From Minisyncoccota bacterium (lineage in GTDB: Bacteria; Patescibacteriota; Minisyncoccia; UBA6257; GWB1-50-10): DNA of 64,000 bases. A program made the translations under genes and the position numbers. Below the pieces are notes generated by a model. That model searched no databases, was not told the DNA's origin, and saw only the letters and a list, made by a program, of their open reading frames with translations. Positions within the stretch are counted from its first letter, which is position 1; the number at the start of each line of letters is the position of its first letter. The DNA lies in contig JAGVBB010000003.1 of NCBI GenBank assembly GCA_020059915.1, positions 160,610-224,609 on the forward strand, in the 5' to 3' direction. Shown here one piece after another: positions 56,537 to 64,000 of this stretch.

Positions 56537-58299
56537 TAGTTTGTTTTAATAAGTGTAATAAATTCTTCGACTGTCATAAATGTTACTGAATTATCGGCAC
56601 GTTTCTTTACCTCAATTTTTCCCTGGTTCATTGTCTTTTCACTAACAACAACTCGATAAGGAATTCCGATTAGATCTGCATCTGCAAATTTTGCACCAGC
56701 AGACATTCCATCTCGATCATCAAAGAGAACCTCTATACCCTTTGTATTAAGCGTAGTATAGAGTGAATTCGCTACTTTTTTCAAATCTTCGGTTTGACTG
56801 CCAATAATTAATTCGTGCACTAAAAATGGTGCCACAGAAATCGGCCATACTATACCTTTTTCGTCATGATATTTTTCAACAATGGCAGCCATGGTACGAC
56901 CAATACCAATTCCGTAACAACCCATATAATATGGTTTTTCACTTCCATCCTCATCTCGATACACTGCCCCCTTCATGAGATTAGTGTAATGGTATCCAAG
57001 TTGAAATGTATTCCCAACCTCTATTCCTTTTCGTAACGATAATGGACTTCCCGATGATACAGATATATCACCCTCTTTTGCAACTGCAATGTCATATAGC
57101 GCCTCACATGAAAAATCTCTTCCATAGTTTACATTAATGGAGTCTGTTGTATCTTCTTTTTGTCCTCCAATAAGATTTCGAGCACTACTCAAAACAACGT
57201 CACCAATATATCGTGCACCTGCGTGTCCCCAGCAATGAACATATCCATGCTTTGTTCCAATTGACTCAAGATCTGTGTCTTCGGCGGGAATTAATTGTCC
57301 TACCATTGATAGAGCATGCTCAAGTTTTGTCTGATTCACTTCTAAGTCTCCTGTTACTACCGCAATAATAATTTCATTGGTAACGCGATTCTTATACACA
57401 ACATTTTTAAGAAAATGATTTTTTTCTTTTTGATAATGTTTTACATTATCATCCATGGTTTTTACCCATTCAGGTTGAGAAATAATTTCAAATGGAAGCA
57501 TCTCAGAATCTGCATTTGCTGGATTTCTTTTAAATACTGCAACATCTTCATGGGCTGCATACGTTCCATCGTTACTAGTAAAATACCTACTTTCTCCACT
57601 GTCTGCCTCGACAATAAATTCATGACAATACTCACCACCAATATATCCATTATCTGCCTCAACAATGGCTGTATGTAGTCCCATTCGGGCAAAAATGCGT
57701 GAATACACACGTTTCATTTCTTCATATGTAGAAGAAAAATCATTCTCATCCCGATGAAATGAATATCCATCTTTCATGATAAACTCACGAACACGCAACA
57801 AGCCACCACGAGCGCGGAGTTCGTCACGAAATTTTGGAGAAAATTGATATAGATGAAATGGGAGATCTTTATAACTAATTTCAAGCTTACGAACCAAATC
57901 AACAAACATTTCCTCCGCTGTTCCTCCAAGAGCAAATTCAGAGCCTCTTCTATCTCTTACTTTCATAAGCTCAAACCCTGTGGTACTTGTTCGATTTGTT
58001 TCTTTCCAAAGTTCAACAGGATGCAATATTGGTGAAATCATTTCTTGGGCACCAACACCATCCATTTCTTCTTTAACGATTTTCATTATTTTTTGCTGAA
58101 CTTTATGTCCAATCGGTAAAAAATAATATCGTCCAGCAACCGATTCTTGAATGAACCCTGCCCGCTTTAAAAGACGAGCAGAGATGATTGAATCCTCCTC
58201 AGAAAATGTCTTACTGGTTTTAAGAAAGTATTGAGATTGTTTCATGTATAAAAACCGTTCTATAAACACAGTATAGAACGATTTGCCTTGATTTTTCAA
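56536..58299 (-). CDS. proS: Prolyl-tRNA synthetase
   Basis: Class II core with an editing-domain-sized insert and a C-terminal anticodon-binding domain. Confidence 0.9.
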   Translation of the reverse strand: MKNQGKSFYTVFIERFLYMKQSQYFLKTSKTFSEEDSIISARLLKRAGFIQESVAGRYYFLPIGHKVQQKIMKIVKEEMDGVGAQEMISPILHPVELWKETNRTSTTGFELMKVRDRRGSEFALGGTAEEMFVDLVRKLEISYKDLPFHLYQFSPKFRDELRARGGLLRVREFIMKDGYSFHRDENDFSSTYEEMKRVYSRIFARMGLHTAIVEADNGYIGGEYCHEFIVEADSGESRYFTSNDGTYAAHEDVAVFKRNPANADSEMLPFEIISQPEWVKTMDDNVKHYQKEKNHFLKNVVYKNRVTNEIIIAVVTGDLEVNQTKLEHALSMVGQLIPAEDTDLESIGTKHGYVHCWGHAGARYIGDVVLSSARNLIGGQKEDTTDSINVNYGRDFSCEALYDIAVAKEGDISVSSGSPLSLRKGIEVGNTFQLGYHYTNLMKGAVYRDEDGSEKPYYMGCYGIGIGRTMAAIVEKYHDEKGIVWPISVAPFLVHELIIGSQTEDLKKVANSLYTTLNTKGIEVLFDDRDGMSAGAKFADADLIGIPYRVVVSEKTMNQGKIEVKKRADNSVTFMTVEEFITLIKTN

Positions 58300-58307
58300 A
58301 TATAGCC

Positions 58308-59339
58308 CTAAAATAACCGGGATACGTCTTTAAAGGTAACCACAATCATAAGGACAATAAGAGCGAGAAAACCAACCATGTTAACTGTCTGCTCAACTTT
58401 GGGAGAGACCGCCCTTCCTCGAAATTTTTCTATAATCAAAAATAAAACTCTCCCCCCATCAAGAGCAGGAAATGGAACAAGATTCAATATCGCCAAATTT
58501 ATTGATATAAGCCCAATAATTTGAAAAACATACGCGAGTCCAAGTTTGCCCATATCCGCTGCGATCTTCACCACTCCAACAGGACCAGCAACTGAATCAA
58601 ATGCTCCGGGAGAAAATAAATTTGCAAAAAAACTAACAAGCCCAAGAATGATTGCAATAGTAACGTCAATGGTAGTAAGAAATCCCTGCCACAACCCAGA
58701 AAAAAAACTATGCTTTTCAAACCCCGCATTCGTTATAACAACACCCAAAGCCCCCTCTCCCTCCGGCGGATGTTCGCGAGGAATAAGAGAAACGCTCTCT
58801 GTTCTTCCAGAACGTGAGACCTCTATAGTAATTGCTTTTTCTACTGATCGTTTTGTGAATGATGTAAATTCATCAGCATTTGGTATTTTTAAAAGTTCTG
58901 TAGGGGAACTCACCGCTATAACTATATCTCCATTCTTTAATCCTGCGATTGATGCTGGGGTATTTTCTTTTACCTCCATAATGATTGCCCGTGCAGGACT
59001 TCCTGTTATATAGACGCCAGAAAAAAATATCCAACCAGCAATCATATTCATACATATTCCCGCACAAAGAATCATGATCCTTTTCCAAATTTTTTGACGA
59101 GAAAATGATTGTGGATCGTTTTCCCCTCCATCTTCTCCTAATATTTTTACAAAACCTCCAAAAGGGAGTGCGTTTATGCTCCATAATACTCCGCCCTTCA
59201 TTTTACTCCACACACGTGGAGGGTATCCTATACCAAATTCCTCAACACGAACATGAAAAAATCGAGCAACAATAAAATGACCAAATTCATGTACAAGAAT
59301 TAAAAATACGAGTCCAATAATAACAAGTGTAGTAATCAT
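58308..59339 (-). CDS. rseP: RIP metalloprotease RseP (site-2 protease)
   Basis: HEFGHFIVA HExxH in the first TM, a PDZ domain, and the LDGG motif. Confidence 0.8.
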   Translation of the reverse strand: MITTLVIIGLVFLILVHEFGHFIVARFFHVRVEEFGIGYPPRVWSKMKGGVLWSINALPFGGFVKILGEDGGENDPQSFSRQKIWKRIMILCAGICMNMIAGWIFFSGVYITGSPARAIIMEVKENTPASIAGLKNGDIVIAVSSPTELLKIPNADEFTSFTKRSVEKAITIEVSRSGRTESVSLIPREHPPEGEGALGVVITNAGFEKHSFFSGLWQGFLTTIDVTIAIILGLVSFFANLFSPGAFDSVAGPVGVVKIAADMGKLGLAYVFQIIGLISINLAILNLVPFPALDGGRVLFLIIEKFRGRAVSPKVEQTVNMVGFLALIVLMIVVTFKDVSRLF

Positions 59340-59345
59340 AAATAA

Positions 59346-59897
59346 CTATTCGTGAATTTCAGTAATTTTCTTATCAAGAATTTCTTCTATTAATGTATTT
59401 GTGTCCTCAGTATGCTTTTGAACCTCCTCTTTTAATTTGAATTTTAAATCTTCTCCAATCTCCTTGTCGTCAAATGCTGATTGTATCGTTTTATTCGCTT
59501 CATCTCGCACATGACGAAGTTTAATGCGATATTCTTCCGATATTTTTTTTGCATATTTCGCAAGTTCATCGCGTCGCTCAGATGAGAGTTCTGGAAGGAA
59601 TATGCGGATAGTATTTCCCTCGACATTTGGATTGAGGCCCAACGCAGAGCCCTCTATCGCCTTTGCAGATGGTTGTACTGCCTCTTTGTCCCAAAACTGC
59701 ACCTGAAGTTCACGTGGTGGTAATACTGATATGGTTCCAACATGTTTTAGTGGTGTTGGGTTTCCATAATACATAACCCTTATTTCTTCAATAAGAGCTG
59801 CCGAAGGACGATTTGCGCGTACCCCAGAAATTTCTTTTTTAAAATCTTCAATAATTTTTTTTGCTGCCTCCTTAAATGTATTTATACTTTCGTGCAT
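59346..59897 (-). CDS. frr: Ribosome recycling factor
   Basis: RRF signatures (RANRPSAALIEEIRV, ELSSERRDELAKYAKKISEEYRIKLRHVRDEA); the start is taken at MHESINTF, adjacent to the holB stop. Confidence 0.75.
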   Translation of the reverse strand: MHESINTFKEAAKKIIEDFKKEISGVRANRPSAALIEEIRVMYYGNPTPLKHVGTISVLPPRELQVQFWDKEAVQPSAKAIEGSALGLNPNVEGNTIRIFLPELSSERRDELAKYAKKISEEYRIKLRHVRDEANKTIQSAFDDKEIGEDLKFKLKEEVQKHTEDTNTLIEEILDKKITEIHE

Positions 59898-59904
59898 AGA
59901 TATA

Positions 59905-60663
59905 TTATACCTCACTTTCGAAATATTGGATTGAGCGCTTTTGTAGCGGACCATTTAATACAAATTCATGTAACTCAGACTCTTTTTTTAATAATTTCTT
60001 AAGTAATCCACTATATTGAATAAGTCCTTTCGTATAAAAATATTCTATCCTCTGCTCAAGATATTCAAGGGTATTTTCTTTTGCTATCTCTTCATCTTTC
60101 TTCTCAAGATGTTCAATCGCCCTCCCCAAACTTCCTAATGAGCGTAACGCTATCTGCTCAGCAATATTTCCATTTACTTTTTTTATTTCTACAAGAAAAT
60201 CAACAATCTGTTTACGAGAATATCTTGGAAAATATAGTGTATGCAACCGTGACAGTAGTGGAGGAAATAATATATCTTTGTTCTTTACAATGATAATAAT
60301 CAATGAATGCTCCGGTGGCTCTTCTACCAACTTTAAAAGCGCCGATTGTGCATGATTAGTTATAGCATCCCCCGATTGAATAATTGCTATCTTTCTCTTT
60401 GCTCTTAGTGGCGCACTAGAACAAAATTCTTTTATATTCCGAACCTCCTCAATTCCTAGAGATCCTTTCTCATTAGGTGTGAATATATAAGTATCAACCA
60501 TAGTGGTTGGTTCAAATGTTCCTGTTTCTATATATGATGCAATTTCTCGTGCAGTGGTAGTCTTCCCAACTCCCCCATCACCAAAAAAACAGTACGATGT
60601 ATGAAGCGTATCGTGTTTGAACGCATTAATAAAAGTGTCTCGATGATAGGTATTCCCCCACAT
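59905..60663 (-). CDS. holB: DNA polymerase III delta' subunit-like AAA+ protein
   Basis: Walker A GDGGVGKTT, SALLKLVEEPP, and an SRL (sensor 1) motif. Confidence 0.6.
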   Translation of the reverse strand: MWGNTYHRDTFINAFKHDTLHTSYCFFGDGGVGKTTTAREIASYIETGTFEPTTMVDTYIFTPNEKGSLGIEEVRNIKEFCSSAPLRAKRKIAIIQSGDAITNHAQSALLKLVEEPPEHSLIIIIVKNKDILFPPLLSRLHTLYFPRYSRKQIVDFLVEIKKVNGNIAEQIALRSLGSLGRAIEHLEKKDEEIAKENTLEYLEQRIEYFYTKGLIQYSGLLKKLLKKESELHEFVLNGPLQKRSIQYFESEV

Positions 60664-60666
60664 ATA

Positions 60667-61671
60667 TTATTTGCGAAGCAGGGTTCGCTTGTAGATATCA
60701 AGGTGGTTCAATATAGTTGCGGTTCCCTTTGCAACACAAAGTATTGATTCCTCAGCAAGATAGGCAGAAACACCAAGAGACCGCTTAAAAAATTCTTCAA
60801 AATCCCGAAGATTCGAGCTTCCTCCAGAAAGAATAATACCCTTTTCCATAATATCTGCAGCAAGTTCTGGTGGTGTTACATTAAATACACCTTGTACCGC
60901 ATTCATAATTTCAACAAGATGTGGATTTATTGCTTCTGCAATTTCATTTGAATTTATCGTCATATCTTTTGGTAATCCAGAATGCAAATCTCTTCCCCTA
61001 ATTTTCATTTCCATTTTGTTCCGATTTTGCATTGCGGTTCCAATAGTAATTTTTATATTTTCTGCAGTATTTTCTCCAATAGCAAGAGCATATTTCTTTT
61101 TTATATATTCGGAAATTGCATGATCAAGTTTATTTCCTGCAACACGCAAGCTGTTCCACGTCACGATACCTCCCAAAGATATAACAGCAACCTCAGTGGT
61201 TCCCCCTCCAATATTAACAATCATATTGCCCTCTGCTGAATGAATTGGTATTCCAGCCCCCAATGAGGCAAGAAGTGGCTCTTTGACCAAATAAACCTCC
61301 CGAGCACCAGCCTCTTTTGCGGCATTCATGACCGCACGATATTCTGTCGATGTTATTCCAGCTGGAACAGAGATGACCACTTCTGGTTTAATGATGTTAA
61401 ATTTTCCAATACTCTTTGAAATAAAATATTTAAGCATTGCCTGAGTAATAAAATATTCGGCAATAACTCCATCCTTAAGCGGACGATACGTTACAATATC
61501 ATCTGGCGTCCTCCCTACCATTTCCTTTGCTTCTGCCCCTACCGCCAATACAGTATTATCTGGCCTACGTAGAGCAACCACCGTAGGTTCGTTAATAACA
61601 ATTCCACGCTCGGGCAAAAAAACGAGTGTATTTGTAGTTCCAAGGTCAATTCCAATTTTTCTTGTAAACAT
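60667..61671 (-). CDS. Second MreB/Mbl-family actin homolog
   Basis: [33 protein letters not shown]; a paralog of the mreB at 55511-56536. Confidence 0.85.
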   Translation of the reverse strand: MFTRKIGIDLGTTNTLVFLPERGIVINEPTVVALRRPDNTVLAVGAEAKEMVGRTPDDIVTYRPLKDGVIAEYFITQAMLKYFISKSIGKFNIIKPEVVISVPAGITSTEYRAVMNAAKEAGAREVYLVKEPLLASLGAGIPIHSAEGNMIVNIGGGTTEVAVISLGGIVTWNSLRVAGNKLDHAISEYIKKKYALAIGENTAENIKITIGTAMQNRNKMEMKIRGRDLHSGLPKDMTINSNEIAEAINPHLVEIMNAVQGVFNVTPPELAADIMEKGIILSGGSSNLRDFEEFFKRSLGVSAYLAEESILCVAKGTATILNHLDIYKRTLLRK

Positions 61672-61827
61672 AAAATGAAATCACTTTCACTCTACTATCC
61701 TTTATTTAAAAATGCAAAATATCGGCCATTTCTCTATATACTGGCTAGAAATTTATAAAAAATGGAATAGTAAATAAATCCTACAAAAGATTCACAATAT
61801 TAAAAAAACGTGGTATAGTGCGACTCA

Positions 61828-63180
61828 ATGGTTGTTAGAAAAAACGTGCGAAATGCCCTTCTCGTACTCTGTACGGTCATTTTTGTTATCGGTGGCACCT
61901 ATGCAATATTCACTATGCAGGGCCTCGTATTTGATCCTAGTAGTTTTGAAATTACAAAATCAGGATCAATATATATTCATTTCACCCCGACTAATGCTGT
62001 ACTCTCTGTAAATGGAAAACCTTATTTAAAAAAACAAAGTATTTTTGGTGGAGGGATACTTATTTCAAACCTTATTCCAAAAACATATACCATCTCCATA
62101 GCAAAAGATGAATATACCCCATGGACAAAAGAGCTTGAGGTTGTCCCCGGAAAAGTTTCAGTTGCAGCACGTATCACGTTATGGAAAAACATTGATTTCC
62201 AAAAAGAAGGTTCTAGCACAATCAAAAGTTTTTATCACACAGGAGAAGGGTTTATATTTGAAACGCCTACTAGTTCGCTTATATTTAACGATAAAATTAT
62301 CAACGGAAATTCAGTTGAAGCACATAATGACAACACCCAATATGTCATCACAAAAACAAAACAGGGTAATTTATTTCTTATAGATCTCACAAAACCAGAC
62401 ATTGTGAGAGATTTTCGAATACTTTTTTCAACTGTCATGCAAACACAAGAAACAATTGATTCTACAAAAATCGAGAAAACAGCTTTTCATCCATTTAGTA
62501 AAAATAAGTTAATTGTTGAAACACAACAGGATATGTATATATACGACTTAAAAAAGAACACTATTGATCCGGTTAATACGGAAGGTATTCCAAAAAACTG
62601 GAATATGGGTTCAAGTGAGTTATTTATAATTAACGACAAAGGAGATTTGGTGATAAAAAATCTTATTGTTGGATCAAAATATGTATACCCCATTGAAGCA
62701 TCAAGTACCCAAGACATAGTACCAAGTAATGATGGGAATTACATTTTTATAACAACAAAGAAAAAATCGCTATTTTTATTTGATAGAGAAGAACAAGCAT
62801 CAAAAAAAATAGGAGAAAATATTCTTTTTACTTCCATCTCTCCAGATAACACACGAGCGCTATATATTGATAATAAAAATAATGTCTATATCTTATATCT
62901 TGATGACTACGAGGGCGACTCAATAAAGACAAAAGGAACCATTGAAAAGCTTTCTGTGCCCAAAGGAACAGATCTTAAATCATTTACATGGATCCCTGCT
63001 GAGGAAAATTATGCAATGGTGCGTGTTGGAAAAACAATAAGAATCATGGAACTCGATATGCGAGAGCCACACAATGCAGCAACTATAGCAAAGGACATAA
63101 CATATGCACAACTTATCGGAAAAAATCTCTTTGCAATAAACAGCGATGGAGAATTCCTCATGGGGTCAATTGAGGAGTAA
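61828..63180 (+). CDS. Membrane-anchored PEGA-like domain plus beta-propeller-like protein
   Basis: N-terminal TM; a PEGA-like segment (IHFTPTNAVLSVNGKPY...YTISIAKDEYTPWTKELEVVPGKV); C-terminal repeated beta-strand blades. Confidence 0.45.
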   Translation: MVVRKNVRNALLVLCTVIFVIGGTYAIFTMQGLVFDPSSFEITKSGSIYIHFTPTNAVLSVNGKPYLKKQSIFGGGILISNLIPKTYTISIAKDEYTPWTKELEVVPGKVSVAARITLWKNIDFQKEGSSTIKSFYHTGEGFIFETPTSSLIFNDKIINGNSVEAHNDNTQYVITKTKQGNLFLIDLTKPDIVRDFRILFSTVMQTQETIDSTKIEKTAFHPFSKNKLIVETQQDMYIYDLKKNTIDPVNTEGIPKNWNMGSSELFIINDKGDLVIKNLIVGSKYVYPIEASSTQDIVPSNDGNYIFITTKKKSLFLFDREEQASKKIGENILFTSISPDNTRALYIDNKNNVYILYLDDYEGDSIKTKGTIEKLSVPKGTDLKSFTWIPAEENYAMVRVGKTIRIMELDMREPHNAATIAKDITYAQLIGKNLFAINSDGEFLMGSIEE

Positions 63181-63191
63181 AGAAAAACACA

Positions 63192-63406
63192 ACAGTGGAG
63201 AAAGCAAAAATCCCGCCTTTGGCGGGATTTACTTTAACGCTTTCTCCGAATGCTGCATCGCTTCGCTCTTTAGAAACCCACGGTTTCTAACGCTCGTTTT
63301 ACTCGCTGTTTTCCTCCACGGGGAGAGACTCATTTCCTGTCTCTCCCCGAACCCCTCTCTCACAACAGTGGAGAAAGCAAAAATCCCGCCAAAGGCGGGA
63401 TTTACT
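63192..63406 (-). repeat. rpsI-associated structured element: insert (63251-63367) between the rpsI terminator region and a pseudo-copy of the rpsI 3' end plus terminator (63192-63250)
   Basis: About 58-bp direct repeat carrying ggagaaagcgttaa, terminator aaatcccgcc-NNNN-ggcgggattt, and gctttctccactgttgt. Insert modules CGCTCGTTTTACTCGCT, AAACCCACGGTTT and TTTCCTCCAC-GGGGAGAGAC..GTCTCTCCCC match the rplK-associated element. Confidence 0.55.
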
Positions 63407-63844
63407 TTAACGCTTTCTCCACTGTTGTGGTCTGCGGGCTTTACGAAGTCCAGGATGTTTTCGTTCCACCATTCGTGGATCACGCTTTAAGAAACCAAGT
63501 ACTTTCAAATTTGCTCTCCAAATTGGATTGAGCATAATGAGCGTTCGGGAAATTCCCAAACGAATTGCTTCTGCTTGTGCGGTTGTTCCCCCACCAACAA
63601 CATTCACTGAAACCTTATAGGAATCAAGGGATAATGTAGTAAATGGATCAATTACTATTTTTCTCAATCTTTCCGTACCAAAATATTTAGCAAAACTTTT
63701 TTCGTTAACAAGCACCTCTGATTTATCAAATTTCCCAGTAAATAATCGAACTCGAGCAACTGCAGTTTTTCTTCGTCCAACAGCCTCAAAATATTTAGTT
63801 CCTTTTATTGACTTTGTAGTCTCTTTTACTTTTGTAGTTGTCAT
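63407..63844 (-). CDS. rpsI: 30S ribosomal protein S9
   Basis: S9 core and C-terminal KARRPQQWRKR; rplM-rpsI synteny. Confidence 0.9.
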   Translation of the reverse strand: MTTTKVKETTKSIKGTKYFEAVGRRKTAVARVRLFTGKFDKSEVLVNEKSFAKYFGTERLRKIVIDPFTTLSLDSYKVSVNVVGGGTTAQAEAIRLGISRTLIMLNPIWRANLKVLGFLKRDPRMVERKHPGLRKARRPQQWRKR

Positions 63845-63849
63845 AATAA

Positions 63850-64000
63850 TTAGTCAATAATTTTAAGTCGCTTTAATCGAACTGCCTGGAGTTTGTTTTT
63901 GGGAAGCATAAGACGAACTGCATGACGCAATACCCATGCTGGATTACGCTCAAAAACATCAGTAAATTTCCTTTCCTTCAAATGTCCCAATGGTCCTGTG
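63850..64000 (-). CDS. rplM: 50S ribosomal protein L13 (partial, N-terminus beyond window)
   Basis: Hand translation ...GPLGHLKERKFTDVFERNPAWVLRHAVRLMLPKNKLQAVRLKRLKIID* matches the L13 C-terminus. Confidence 0.8.
   Translation of the reverse strand, partial: TGPLGHLKERKFTDVFERNPAWVLRHAVRLMLPKNKLQAVRLKRLKIID

Noticed and set aside
1-64000. CRISPR arrays, rRNA genes, tmRNA, RNase P RNA
   Set aside because: No regularly spaced direct repeats of CRISPR type were seen. Searches by eye for the tmRNA tRNA-like 3' end, the RNase P P4 motif (AGGAAAGUCCGGGC) and rRNA signatures were negative. The structured regions found are better explained as tRNAs, an intron and the repeat elements described.

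Overview
This is a low-GC bacterial chromosomal segment that is almost entirely housekeeping. It carries ribosomal proteins (S2, S16, L33, L32, L11, L10, L7/L12, S9, L13), elongation/termination factors (tsf, nusB, nusG, secE, greA, frr) and aminoacyl-tRNA synthetases (thrS, serS, lysS, proS), plus gatB. It also has the dnaK operon (hrcA-grpE-dnaK-dnaJ) with a CIRCE operator, dnaE, a gyrB-type subunit, holB, a truncated dcw cluster (mraZ-rsmH-ftsL-ftsI-murF) and a rod-shape cluster (mreBCD-pbp2) with a second mreB paralog. Shortened genes (SMC about 720 aa, HrcA about 230 aa), missing operon partners (rplK without rplA; rpsP-KH-trmD without rimM/rplS) and many small membrane proteins suggest a reduced Patescibacteria/CPR-like genome; this is inference. 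Six tRNAs were found by hand: Trp, Tyr, Val, Glu and two Thr, one of which carries an apparent 185-nt group I intron in its anticodon loop. I found no rRNA and no CRISPR array. The most unusual signal is a family of short structured inserts (about 110-240 bp) lying just downstream of rplK, rpsI, tRNA-Trp and tRNA-Tyr. Each is bounded on its far side by a pseudo-copy of the host gene's 3' end; conserved internal sequence modules are clear between the rplK and rpsI copies, but the tRNA-Trp copy shares only one clear module and the tRNA-Tyr copy has only a diverged match. This pattern looks like decayed or miniature site-specific integrative (CIME-like) elements, or a novel 3'-end-targeting element. 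A similar displaced 3' end follows the NRAMP gene. Other notable features are a LAGLIDADG-like gene bracketed by two perfect palindromes between the two tRNA-Thr genes, a REP-like palindrome found three times near tRNAs and operon ends, and a DnaA-box cluster upstream of mraZ.
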